Source: Lophium mytilinum
Lineage: Eukaryota
Direction of reading: 5' to 3'
Assembly: GCA_010093605.1 (NCBI GenBank)
Contig: MU004182.1
Location: forward strand, 1,273,032-1,337,031
DNA: 64,000 bases
In this document: positions 24,132-36,825 of the stretch, one piece after another
Layout: every line of letters starts with the position of its first letter
How positions within the stretch are numbered: position 1 is the first letter of the stretch
Translations under genes and position numbers: made by a program
The notes under the pieces: generated by a model
Told to the model about the DNA's origin: nothing
What the model saw: only the letters and a program-made list of their open reading frames with translations
Database searches by the model: none

Positions 24132-26876
24132 CTAACCATGACCCCCATCTGGTGGAATAGCATTAGAAAGGGGTTGATTGATAGGAAAGTAATTCAAGAA
24201 GTCCAGATCACTCTCCATTATAAACTCGCCAAGATCCATGCCTAGAGGAGACTGGGGGTTTGCGTTCCCTGCCTGCGTCGGGATAGGCGTGATCTCACCA
24301 TGAGAGTTTAACAGGGCAGTGTCATTTCCAAGGGATAGAGGCTGTAGGGGCATGCCAGTTGGGGAGTCCGAAGCTGTGCGAGGCATTAGTATCTTGGTAA
24401 TCGGGGTTAGGACGAATGTGTCAAAACGACTTACCGAGTGATATTACTACATGGCCCAAGCGACTCAGGAATGTGGCACAGGTTTCCACCATGCTATTCC
24501 CTTTGTCAAGAAGCATCAGGGCGTCAACTGCTGCCTGTACGGGTCTCTCGGGTCCGCCTAACAAAGCTGGCAAAGATGTAGCAGCGCCAGTCAGACCAAT
24601 CTTCTGGTCGACTAGTATGCACGCAGATATCACAAGCCCTGCATTGAAGACTGATGAAAATTAGCTCGACAGTCTTTGGTCCGAACAGCAGGCTGGCCAA
24701 CGCACCATAGTAGAGAGAGAACCACCAAGCACCCAGATACTCATGGCGCACATCAGTCGAGTGAACTATGGTACTCACAATAGAGATGATCTCCAGTGAT
24801 GAGTGAGCACAGATCTGCACGCTGTTCAACCCAATTTGTCGGAGCAATGCGAGCTCCTGCTCGTCCCGGTCAGCCTTGCCACAAGTATCGAGGAATCGAA
24901 CCACCACAAGGCGGTGAATTAGAATGCGTAGGTTGTGATAACGTAAGGTTAGAATGATCCTGTAGCGCTCGGTATCGTCTTCTTCTGATAGAATCTCCTG
25001 AGATTTTCGGAGGGCCATGTTAGCTGGTAGAGAACGCTCCCACTCCATAAGCTGCTGTTCCATCTTGAACAGATATGCCATGAAGTCAAGAACGCTGGTG
25101 GATGATCCACAGCCAATGTTGGCCGCATAGAGGAGGTCTATCACGTTCCACATTACTTTGTAAAGCGTGCTGCTAGAAGTTAGTTGTGTTAGAAAAGTAC
25201 CTGAATATTGCCGCACATTGTCATGGTATAGAACAGGGTACTATTCCGCTTTCGTGGATCTACCGCCGAGTTGTCTGCAGCGATGCAATCGAAATCAACC
25301 GGCAGTTCCAATCTGACATAGCTGTCCGGGATTGCTGCAGGCCGACCAAAGGTCATGCTAAGTGTCCTAGATTATGTAATTATCAATACCTAAAGCCACA
25401 ACAACCGAACATTGGACAACCCACCTGTCTAAGATGACACAACCATACCATAGACGTTTGCTGGTTTCCCGTTCGATAGGTGACAGCTTTTCACAAGCTT
25501 CAGCCGAATGCAACCCGAGCTGCAGAGCGGCCTTGACGGCTAGTCCATGGATGTTCCAAGTTTGGGTAGACTTTTGAGTTCCTTGTAGATACTGCCCCAT
25601 CATGAGAAGATATTGGACTATATGAATGAAATCGTAAGTCTTTCTCGCGTGTTTTGGGATGATTTCGCAATGTGGTGCCGCAAGCAGTGGAACACTTACC
25701 CAGTTCTATACTTGCTCCTCGCCAGACGTGTTTATCACACAGACCAAGTGCCCTTCTATAATATACATCTGACATTTCTGCACGCTGTTCCGCACAGGTT
25801 CCGTTCGAGACAGTCGTGCTGATCGCAAAAGCCAGCACCATATTTAAGAGCCCTAGCCATGTTTTACGGACTTTTGTAAAGTCGGTTCTCTTCATGGCCC
25901 GGTACGTCTCTAGAAAGGTTTCTTCGTGCACATAAGGAAATAGCAAACCCGTGTTGGAGAAGTACCGGTGCACCAGGTCAAGGGTCTCGTCTTCTGGCGG
26001 TAAAGCGAAAAGATTCAACGGTTGGACTCTCAAATGGCGTAGACGCATGCTGTCCTGAGTTCTTGCTGGTGATGGGGGTCGAGACACTCTCATGAGTCCA
26101 CCATCCAAGTGCAGGCTTACGTGGGTGCCTGGCGTTGGATAAGTATGGTCGGTGTATGAGAGTCGGGCCACTGCTCGAGAGAGATGACGAGTGAAAGCGA
26201 TGTTTGATGAGGGGCCTATGCCCTCGTCAGTGACTCCTCAATTGACGGCATCATTACTCTGCGCATGTTCACCAAAGAAGCCGGAATACTCTTCATCGGT
26301 AAAGACGATTGCTCCCATGCCATCTGTCGAATCTTGGTTGGCACCATCATGTGCGTCTTCTTCGTTGGCACCATCATGTGCGTCTTCTTCGTCGACTGCG
26401 GCTAGTCCAGAACGGCGACTGGAGAAGAAAGGGCCCCGTTCTTCAGTGATACGCGCCTGTCTGCCCCGCCTCGTAGAGGAAGACGGGTGCAGTGGCGATG
26501 TATCGTGGCCGTTATCGACACCGTCCAGCCTCTGCTCAACATCTGACAGGCGATTCTCGAGTGCAGCAAGATAGCTATGGCAGCTGTGAGCAGTTGCATG
26601 CCAAAGATATACTGAGACGCTTACTCTTTCCCCACTATCACATTCGAAGATGCGGCTGACGCCACGTAGATACAATCAAAATCCAACTCGTCGCACGTGG
26701 AGCATTGTGGTCGCCGACCATCGCACTGCGCAGCCGCATGCGATCAGTTGATGCCATTTTCAAGCGAGGTGAGGCAAAAAAGGGGTCGTTACCCGAGACT
26801 TCCGCGTGCGACACGCCTGGCAGGCCAATGCGATGCGCCGCCTCTTGCTGGTGCTGCTTCTCCCATCTGCATCCAT
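24132..26876 (-). CDS. Zn(II)2Cys6 transcription factor with fungal-specific middle domain, multi-exon
   Basis: MDADGRSSTSKRRRIALACQACRTRKSR/CDGRRPQCSTC, DSTDGMGAI, GPSSNIAF, LAVKAALQLGLH, RLWYGCVILDR, LGAWWFSLYY. Confidence 0.93.
26337..26390. repeat. Perfect 27-bp tandem duplication inside the TF coding region
   Basis: GTTGGCACCATCATGTGCGTCTTCTTC x2, encoding EEDAHDGAN twice on the minus strand. Confidence 0.95.
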
Positions 26877-26999
26877 CGCTCGGCGGGTCTGATCAGAAAG
26901 AGATGCCGGCCGATGTGAGCTGTTCGTCGGACGTGCTGGGCGCAAAGTGCCCACGGTGCCCAAGTGGGGTTCGAGGACTGCCCTCGGGTAGGTGTCCGC

Positions 27000-27013
27000 C
27001 GGGGAAACGGCGG
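27000..27013 (+). promoter_or_regulatory. CGG-N8-CGG site upstream of the TF (possible autoregulation)
   Basis: CGGGGAAACGGCGG, ~125 bp upstream of the TF ATG. Confidence 0.55.
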
Positions 27014-27374
27014 ACTTAACGTTGCCATCCGAGAGGGCCAGGCGGCACGGGGACTCGGCAGTCAACAACAAGCGCCACAAATTTATTTCATTGGTGATGT
27101 GGCTCCATCAACGCCTCCAACAATCCCTAAAGGAGCAGGTTGCGATAGGAATACTATTAGAGACGTCTTCTTCTCTGTGAACACCTACAGCAGCCTTCCA
27201 TACGAACGTGCAAGCCTCGACAGTCCCGAAAATGTGGAGTTCAAAGCGTGGAGGAACACGTCAACATCTGCAGCTTCGCGGTGGCTCGAATTGCAAGCCA
27301 TTGAGGGCAAGACGAAACTGATTTCAATGTAGTCCTTTCCGGGCCTTCGAGCACACATCCCACCTCTCTATCTC

Positions 27375-29142
27375 TCATTTTGACGCTCGTAGGCCTACGC
27401 GCACGTTGCACTCTATGACCTTGACAAAGAAGCCTTCCCGGGACTCTGACGGCACGGAAATGGTACGCTCAAATTGGAACAGACGGAATATTGTTGCAAG
27501 AGTCTTCAACATCTCCATCCATGCAAAACTGCGTTTTGTTAGCACTACCGCCTACCCATCGAGCGCCATGTGTCTGTGCTTACTTTCTACCGACGCAAGC
27601 TCGTGGTCCTGTTGAGAAGGGCACGAAGTAATTCGTCAAGTCACTGGCATCCTCCACAAGCCAGCGCTGAGGATCCAGCTTTTCTGGGTTCTGTACCGTC
27701 ATTAGAACCTGTGCTACCAACGTTGCAGGAGCACATACACGATATATTTGGGTGTTGTGATGGATCGCGACTGTCGGCACACTGACCAAAAACCCTGCCG
27801 GTATAAATGTGCCAGCCACCACCCTACCTCCCTCTGGAACCACGCGCTCAAGACCAGTAGAACTCGTTGGTCTCAAGCGCATCACCTCTTTGAGCGTGGC
27901 GTTGAGAAGACGCAATTTGCCTGAGACCTCTTCTGATGCGACCCAATCAGAATCTTGCGACCCAGGGAAGGCTTCCAAGAGCTCCGTATAAATATCAGCC
28001 TGGAGCTTTTGGTCTCGAGAAACAAAGTCCATGAAGTTGGTCATTGTGCTGCTTGTCGTATCACTGCCGCCAACAATGAAGCTGATTGCCTCAGCAAGGA
28101 TTTCCTTGTCGGGAAGTCGATCACCAGTATCAGGGTCTTTAGCGTTGAGTAAGAAACTCATCAAGTCTTTACGCGCGGTGGAAGTATCTTCCTTGCGCTT
28201 GCCAAACGCCGCTCGCCCAATAGCCTCTAGACTCGCCGTTGATCGGAGACCTTTGTAAAAGAATGGATCAATGCGAACATACTTCATATACGGCCGCATC
28301 CAACGAGGCAGATGCCCCATTGCGTTCAGAACCTCTCCGCGGGTATCGATTGTGTGGATCAAATTGTAATCGTCACGTCCAGATTCCAGGAATCCAAATG
28401 GGCTTCCAAAAGAATACTCGCCAATGACATCGAAAGCCAGAAAGTTCGCTGTCGAAGTTAGATACATGGGAGTGGCTTAGGAAGAGGTAGACATACACCA
28501 ACGGCAAAAGTCAAAAGACTTGGACTCAGTGACACATTTTTGCATGTATTGCACGAGCCTTGTGATGCTAGGATTCATGTGCTCTTCAAAGTCCTGCAAA
28601 TTTCTTGCTGAGAATGCCGGACTGACATATTTCCGTTTCCTTTGGTGTATACTCATGTCACGGGTATTGAACAAGACAGGCTCTATTTGATTAAAGGGTG
28701 GACAGGGTCAGTTGTGGAATCCAAAAGCCTTGGTGGTAGGAGCCTTATCTTCATAAAAGGGACCTTTCAGAAATCCCGTCTTGTGTCCATATATTTGATT
28801 GAGAGCCTGTGGATCGGCAATAGAAACATGATCGGGGGCTATCCGCACAAAGACACCATGCTTCTCATGCTGCTCTAGAATCCAAGCGGACCTGCGGGCT
28901 TTCCGACATTGAATAATGAGCGGTAAAGGGCAAATTTTGGACCAGAAGGATCCTGGGAGGCGTCGCAAGGGATGAAGAGCAACCTGGTATAAACAGTAGA
29001 CTGTCTAAGAGTAGGATCAGCTAGAGTGTCTAATGTCGAGCTACTTCACACTCACAACTAGAACAGGTACGATCAAAATAAGCATTGAAAGGCTTGTGGA
29101 CACCCATGAAAGGAAAGCAGTAAGAGTCATTTTCAGGCTCAT
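27375..29142 (-). CDS. Cytochrome P450, CYP53 (benzoate hydroxylase)-like, multi-exon
   Basis: N-terminal TM segment, FVRIAPDHVSI, FNTRD...RKRK, FDVIGEYSFG, GGSDTT (I-helix), KEVMR (ExxR) and heme motif FSTGPRACVG. Confidence 0.93.
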
Positions 29143-29447
29143 TTTTTCGGAAGACCAAAGATACATGCTTCTGCCTGGCACAGCTACACAAAAAATAGTG
29201 GGCTTGATCAAAAGTAAGAATGCGGACCTGTGCTTATGACTTGATTTATATCTTCACAGATGCCTTGTCTGGTTGCAGGGGCTATGAGCCAAAGGACCGA
29301 TTGTGAATGCCTGTTCACCTATTGGAGTAGATGCGGGGTCATTGCTAGCGGTAGACATCTGTGAGTACGGGGGTCTGATCCATGTTACTCCGCACCCCAG
29401 ATTCAGTGGTGCACGGAGGTTGGGGAAAGTGCGGGGAGCGGGAAGCC

Positions 29448-29461
29448 CGGGGCTAGATCGG
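29448..29461 (+). promoter_or_regulatory. CGG-N8-CGG putative Zn2Cys6 site upstream of the P450
   Basis: CGGGGCTAGATCGG, with a near match TGGGGAAAGTGCGG at 29421-29434. Confidence 0.65.
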
Positions 29462-30019
29462 GAGCGGCTGGCGATCATTCTTTACGACGACGAGGAGTGG
29501 CATGCTACAGCTGGCTACGAGCCTAAGAAGAATGTGCATAGAGGGCCATCATGCTCTATCACGTAGGACGTCTTCGATCCCTCGCTGGACTTATTATAGC
29601 ACTTTATTCGCAACCCCGTCGGCTATTATATCGGAACATGCTAATCTATCCAAAGGTGCTCAGGCCTTGCTCAGAGATACTGAGTATTTGCGTAAGAATG
29701 CTTATGGCGCTCGGCGGCTGCTCGCTTTTAGCCCAGGATATGACAGACATAGCTCAGGACTGTTAACTCATAGCTTACTTGAAACAGTTGTTGCTAATAC
29801 CTAAGATGCGAGCGAGTTTTGGAGAGATTATCCCCATCAATGAGAGGATATGGCATTGGTAAAGGACGTTCCTCTTTAAATGATTTAGGTGCAACGAAAG
29901 ACTAGGATAAACTTAGAGAAAGAAGTGATAAGTAACACGATTAGAGGCGACAGAAACCCGGAAGAGATTCTCAGCGTCTATCAAATTAAAGTCGGTTTAG
30001 ACATTATTCGCTTCTTCAA

Positions 30020-30900
30020 GGCTCAGTGCAACTCATGGAAGCCAGATTCGCCCGCACCTTGTGCTGTCAAATCTCTCCCCTTGCATAACGCCGTGGATTA
30101 GCAGTCTCCGATAAGTTCGTACGCTTCGCCTTTCCGTCGTAGAACATATGGAACTCGTCCACCTTCTAAAAGCGCCAGGCAGTCACCTTTCTCCACGTTC
30201 CTGGGACCTAGACCAATGTATCTGTCGTTGGTAATAAACATGCTTCTTCCGTATGACAACTGGACTGACTCGTCGCTCGCAACAGGGCGGTGGGCCCTCA
30301 GAATACGGACCCTCATATCTTTGAAGACCACCCATGCGCAGAAGTAAGCGATCCAAATGAGTGTACAATCCATGACTCCTGACGGACCTATCCAATGTCC
30401 AATAAACTGCTCCCACTCTTTACGGGCTTCTTCTCTGTGATCTTTATTGTCGGAGGACCGGCCGCACGTAAACTCCTTCCAGAATACTTCAGACATGTCT
30501 TCACCGTTAACGTACGTTTTCATGAAAGCGCGCACCGATTTGGTGACGCCAATTTTTCCATGCTCCAGGCATGGTATACGATTAAATGAGACACCGGCTT
30601 ACCTAACCGAGACTTGACATTAAGAATTTTCCCACGCCACAACGTTAATCGAATTTCTTGAAATTGCATTAGGGTATGCATGTGCATTCCGCGAGTATCC
30701 CGTAAATTTTTGGAGGTGTGCATCCTTTGTCGTGGCATTAAATACGTTGAAAAGCGTCGTACTCTTACCATTTTGGAAGTGTCTCATTTAATCGTATACC
30801 ATGCCTGGCTCTTAAGTTTCTGCTTGCAAAGGCGAGCTGAAGTCCACTTTCAAGGCTAGCCTCTCTGGGACTAGTTTCGGCTTCCTGGCTCTCAGCCCTT
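30020..30900 (-). pseudogene. HET-6-like gene relic (3' part), frameshifted and interrupted by a MITE
   Basis: GRSMFITNDRYIGLGP...GDCLALLEGGRVPYVLR...YELIGDC then TAA. Restoring one base (TAC) gives the canonical CYIHGVMQGE. Confidence 0.85.
30566..30807. mobile_element. MITE-like element (242 bp) with perfect 29-bp TIRs and a GCTC flanking duplication
   Basis: CAGGCATGGTATACGATTAAATGAGACAC at 30566-30594, its exact reverse complement at 30779-30807, and GCTC on both sides. Confidence 0.88.
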
Positions 30901-31002
30901 CAATTCATCCTGAGGTCCCCGTCAGCCTCCATCCCCAAGGACCCACACCACAGTTCGCATCGTTCTTGCTCCGAAGGCTTGCTCAGAGCTATAGTTTATG
31001 CA

Positions 31003-33846
31003 TCAGGCCCATCGAAAGACTCTCCAAAAAGTTGATTGTTGACCCCGTTGGTTCTTCACAACCTCATCCATCCTGGTCAGTAGCCTCGCTGCGTCATCAC
31101 GCTGAAACACCATCTCTAATATCTCCTTCCCGCTCAAGTTACTCTTATATTTTGGTGTGTGTCCAAGCTTCCTGACCTGGTTCACAAATTTGACGGCTGG
31201 GTCCGCCCCGTGTTCCACCATCGTCTCCGCCGCCCCATACCAGGTACTCTTCACGTGCGCGGAGACCAGATCAGCGTTCTCAAAGCACGACAACAAGAAA
31301 AGGGCCCAAACACTCTCGCCGCGATAAATTTGCACTTTCTGATTTGGATCTGAGCCGGATTTCAGGAGGGCTTCCACCATTTTTACGTTTATATTCAAAT
31401 CCTGGTACATATGTTGATGTGGAAGCTCTGCGAGGGTACCGCGCATCGGTCTTAGTGCGTAGTCCAGTAACGGACGTCCACGCTTCTGGAATATGATCCC
31501 TTGGTTGGCTTCAAGCTCCTTGGTGACGTAGCAACGTAGCCGTGCTTGGATGGCTAAAGACAGGAAGCTACACTGCCCGTAATCCCGAAGCGTGGCGCTG
31601 GGCATTTTGATCCTATCTCGGGAGTTTGTCCAGTGCACTTTGGAGTCATTTGCGTGGAGCGTCATGACGCGGTCTAGCTCGTTGACTAGAGCAGTGTTGG
31701 AAGACGCAATTTGATGCTCAATTTCGCGAGCGTAGTGGAGTAACTCGTCGACCAGACCGAAAAGTTGATTCAATCGGTCCAGCGAATCCGTTGGTCCCGG
31801 GAGCGCCTTGATGAGGGCAATGAGCACACTGCATAGGGTTTTTCGCGCGTTGAAGTCGGCCGAAAGGCGATTTCGCAGCTCGCTATGGTAGTTGTCTCGC
31901 AGAAAGTCTCGAACAGTCCGATGAAGGAAACCGACTTTGTACTTGAGGAAAGTCCCGTCGTAAGGATAGATGTTTACCTCGAGAAGGTCTCTGCAGCGGC
32001 TGTTCAGAAGTTTCCTCCATCTCTTTACCGAGCTAACTACCTCGTCGTCAGACACGGGTGACATTGCCAACTTGAGAGCAAAATCTGGGCTCTCATGTTC
32101 CATATGCAAATATTTTAGCGCTAGGACTGGAAATGGTCGCACGGCTTCCACGGCAGTGAGAAATATCATCGCCGTCTCTTCGCGGTAGATCTTATCAATC
32201 CGACCTAGTATATCCTCAAAGTACTTCTCTAGCTCTTCTGGAAAGCTATCCAGCCTACGCTGCAGAAAAGGGTACTCTTCCTCGCCCTTGAGATCTCTTA
32301 AAAGATCTCGAACAACCAGGTAAACCCAGAGCCAGACTCCGTGAGCTTTCCCTGCAATCTGCGGCACGAGAGAGTTGCATCGGGGGTCCTGTTTAGCAAC
32401 TCGGGCAAAGGTGGGATCCTTTGCCAGCAGGTTGTGTACATACTCTCGCATATCGTCCCTAGTAAGATCTTCTAGGACCAACTTCCACTTGCTTTGGTCA
32501 AAGGCGTCTATGAAGGCATTCCAAGGCCGACTAGACACACAGAGTTTGATATTCTGAGATTTAGTAAGTCCTTGTAGAAGACCGATGATTTCTTCATTAT
32601 CACCCTCATACTCATCTAGGCCATCCACAAAGAAGCAAAATTTCGTCGGCAGAATGGTCTGTTTGGCGATGATCTCAAGGGCGTTGGAAAGCTCCTGAAA
32701 TCCCCAAGGGCCATCATGCGACAAACAGGCCTCGAATATCAGTACTGGACATGCAAGTAGTATCTGATATAGTAAGCTCTGTAGTAGCCCAACCTGGGAT
32801 TTTTGCATCGGTAGTCCAGGATTCCAGAAGAAGTAGCTTGCAGTTACAAGCTTTTGAGGTCCAGCCCACTCGTGAAGCTCCCTTAGAGTAAGGTTATTGC
32901 CACAGATGTACTTCATAAGCGTAGATTTGCCGCTTCCAGCCTTTCCTTTCACCCAATATATACCATTCTCCGACTTCAACCAGTCCATGAATCCGGTTTC
33001 GGGCTTCCTAAAGATCCATGCCAAGGTCTGTTCGTGGGCGTCTTTGATCTTTTCCTGGCGCTGCTTCATCGAATCGAAGATCAAGCTTGCGAGGATCCTT
33101 TGCTCCCGTTCTACCCTCTTCCCAGCATCAGCAAGAGCAGCCAGCTTCTGCCATAGGCTGTCTAGTACCACTGTATTGCTTGTAAAGGGTTGTGGCCGTT
33201 CGTTGAGGGCAACGATAACATCCGCTTTCAGTTGGTCGAGTTGTAATGTTGCGTTGATCTTCATGCGCTCATTTGTTTGGCAAAGGGTCTTGATCGCCGA
33301 GAGAACCTCAGAATGGTTGTTCCTTGGGGTTTTTATCAGCATTGATGTAAAACCAACCACATTGTAACTCATTGTAGAATCCACCTACTTTTGAAGCATG
33401 CTTGATATTCTAGATCGCAAACGTTCGTCAATACCCAGTAATCTCTGCTGCAGCTCCTGTATGTCCCTCCTTTTCCCCACACCCCTGAGGGTCTGCCTCA
33501 CCGTCGCTAATCCCCGGAATCGCGCATCCTTCGCGACTTTCAAATCTTCTAAGATTTCTAGTAGCTTGTCCGCCAAGGGCTCGCATGCCTCGGCTAGCTT
33601 CCTAAGCGCTTTTTCATCATTCGACAGTGGCCGTGGGAGCTCCTCGGACCCGTTCTTAGTCTTGGATTTCGCCTCCTCAACAAGGGTTTTGATGTCTTCG
33701 ATGATGATCTCGAGCTCGTGGTGCTCATCACTCGTGCCATGGTTCGCCTTATAGACGTCTTTTCCTTCGGAGATCAGCTTGATACCGTGGCTGACGAATT
33801 GCGCAATGTTCGCGGCGATCCCGAGAACAATGAATGCTTCGGCCAT
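31003..33846 (-). CDS. NACHT-domain NLR-like (STAND) protein with fungal N-terminal helical domain (2 exons)
   Basis: N-terminus MAEAFIVLGIAANIAQFV, Walker A WVKGKAGSGKSTLMK, YFFW, Walker B FCFFVDGLDE, KLCVSSRPW, GVWLWV, FLHRTVRDFL. Intron near 33326-33389. Confidence 0.92.
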
Positions 33847-34017
33847 ATTCCGTAGTTTGATATTGCAGAGTGAGGATAATTAGACCGACGCCATCGTATT
33901 TGAGGAGCGCCGAGGATATGACACATTCTCCGGTTCGCAAGGCTGTGACCGGTGAAGGTTTGAAGGTTGGCCAAGAGTACTTTAGCAATCACGCATACGT
34001 GTGCCAATTAGGGGCCG

Positions 34018-34162
34018 CAGTAGGCGAAGCGCAAGGCATAAAGGCATCCATGCAAAATCTGCGAGTTGTGTTCTACGAACTCAGCAACCAGTAGGCGAAG
34101 CGCAAGGCATAAAGTCATCCATGCAAAATCTGCGAGTTGTGTTTTACGAAATCAGCAACCAG
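34018..34162. repeat. 71-bp tandem duplication (3 mismatches) in the NLR/MFS divergent intergenic region
   Basis: TAGGCGAAGCGCAAGGCATAAAG...CAGCAACCAG starting at 34021 and 34092. Confidence 0.92.
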
Positions 34163-34751
34163 CGTCAAAAGCTCAGGAAAAGAGTAGCTTGCTGCGTAAG
34201 AGAAAACTGTTTCTGATCCACGCGATACTTCTCCTCATAGTTCTTGATCATTCTTAGATGCAAACAGGTTCATGGACGATTTCTACCTTGGTGCCTCATC
34301 CATACTTTCCGCCTACTGTTGGGCTGATTTATGAGGCTGTTGTGGGGGGCTGAACTTACGGTGACAGCCTCATTACCCTCAGCGCCCGCCTCCAGGCTGC
34401 AACCTCGTGGCACAGTCTAGACAACAGCAGTCGCAAATTGATAATAGGGACAAGGTGAAAGTTTTAGGAATCGGCAAGGCAAAGCCCTGAGTTCATTACG
34501 ACTTTCAGTTGCCGATCCAGCAACGGGTCGTGTCTATACCAGCGGCCTGCCTTGGAGCTCGTCAGGCTTGGACTGACTGGCACGCGGTAAGCATGTTTCT
34601 CTTCATGTGCTCCTAGCGCCTGACTTAGACCTACGACTTTGCATGGCCTAAACTCTAGAAGGTGCGTCGCAAGGGATTCACTGCGTCGACTGAGGGCCTT
34701 TTTATTGAGTTTTGCTAACTGTGGATTGTTATAGCGCGTTGATCCTTCACC

Positions 34752-36692
34752 ATGGCAACTCTTGAAGTCTACAACAATCCTGTCCCTCACCTCCATAACC
34801 TCAATGACCCATCGCTGGAGTTTGCCTACGACAGCGAGGAAGACCATGATGCCGGAATTTCTCCCAATCTGAGTACCTATACTTCCGTGCGGCAGTCCTT
34901 AGATATACAGCCTCAAGCACCAACTGGCGCTCCCGTCACGCAAGAAAGAACAGCGCACGATTCTGAAAAGGGTGATCTTAAGAAGGACGGCATTAGCCAC
35001 CCTACCACATCCAGCGAAGGCGTGGACGATAGGGCTGTTACAACAGGCGAATCGCCAGAAGAGGGCGCTGGATTAGCAGACCCAAATGTTATCTTTTGGG
35101 ATGGCCCAGAGGATCCAGAGAACCCTATGAATTGGTCCAATAGCTTCAAATGGGGAAACTTAGTGGTCATCCTATACATGGTCTTTGTTACGTACGTGAA
35201 TTTTCTTCTTAAGCTATAATTAAAGTTACTGGCGGAACTCCTTTTATACCTCAACTGCTCTCCCGGGACGGTTACTTGGTCGCCATTCAGGCTCAGCTAA
35301 CCTGATTAGACGTCTGGCCTCCACCATGTTGGCCCCTGGTGTGCCGGAAGTAATGGCTAAGCTTCACGAAACCTCCAGCCTTCTGGCGCCCTTTGTTGTA
35401 TCCGTCTTCTTCCTAGGCGAGGCATTTGGTCTACTTGTTCTGCTTCCTTTGAGCCAAATATACGGCCGCCGTTGGATTTATATTATCTCTAACATCCTTT
35501 TTATCATCTTTACTATTGCATGTGGAGTCTCTAGTAACTTTCATATGCTTATCGGCTTCCGGTTTCTTCAAGGGTCAGCTGGTTCTGCGTCTGTAACTCT
35601 TGCACATGGAACAATTACAGATTTAATGCCACTTAAAAAGAGAGTTTCGGTACAAGTCATCTTTGGGCTACTATATGGTGCTGGGTTGTTTCTTGGCCCC
35701 GTAACTGGTGGATTTCTTATACAAGCGAAAGGTTGGCAATGGGTCTTCTACTTGACTGCATCATCGGTAGGTTTAATCATCTTTTAGTCTCACGGCATAC
35801 TTATACGACTACGCAGACCGGGTTCATTCCCATTCTTGGATTCTTTCTCTTAAGTGAGACTTTCGCTCCGGTACTTCTGGAACGAAGAGCTGCGAAGCTT
35901 CGCGTAGATACTGGCAACCTGGACCTCCACTCACCCTCAACCATCTTACCGAACGAGGTTTTCCGCCTTAGCATCGTGCGGCCTATTAGACTGCTGCTAA
36001 CCTCGCCTATTGTCCTCTTTATGTCACTTTACGTAGCTTTGGCCTCTGGAATATTTTGCCTGCTCCTTTCAACTATGACTTTTGTCTTGAAAGAGAGATA
36101 TCACTTCTCCACCGGCATAGTTGGGCTCACCTATATTGGTGTAGGTGTCGGCCGAATTGTTGGCCAATTCTTTATCGGCGTCTTTAGCGCATATCTTCCC
36201 AACAAGGCTGAGGGCAAACTATTGAAGCTAGAACATTATATATCCATAACGCTAACGGTCCTTGGCGGTTTTTGGATGCCTATTGGACTCTTCATGTATG
36301 GCTGGGGAACAGAGAAAGTCATTCACTGGATCGTTCCACTCATTGGTACCGCATTTGTTGCGGCAGGGCTATGGCACAACTACGTATGTATCCCTAATTC
36401 GAGACCCTCTCTTTAGTTCCTTTAATAGATTTAGTTAACGTTCTTTCTATAGAAGACGGCCGTCAAATATATCATACGTGCGGTCAAGATAGAGGACAAC
36501 ACTTCTGCAACAACCGCTATAATAGTCTTGCGTCCCGTTATTGATGCTATACTTCCTCTCGCCGGTCTTGTGATATACGATAAGCTTGGTCTTGGCTGGG
36601 GGAACTCACTTCTAGGGTTTATTGCCCTTGCATTAATCCTCATTCCCGTCATCTTCAAGGTTTACGGAGAGCGGACAAATTCAAAGTACTAG
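34752..36692 (+). CDS. MFS multidrug transporter (DHA1-like), multi-exon
   Basis: WDGPEDPENPMNWS, PLSQIYGRR, LIGFRFLQG, ETFAPVLLERRA, LGLGWGNSLLGFIA. Confidence 0.9.
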
Positions 36693-36825
36693 ACTAGTAT
36701 GCTGTACTATCAGCCTTTGTGCCTCCAAAACTTCTACGACTATCAACGCTAAAGCGGCCCCAGTTGGCATCAAATGTTGAATTTGATCATTCCTTGCGAC
36801 AGTGGTGTGTCGTTAGACAGGCTGT

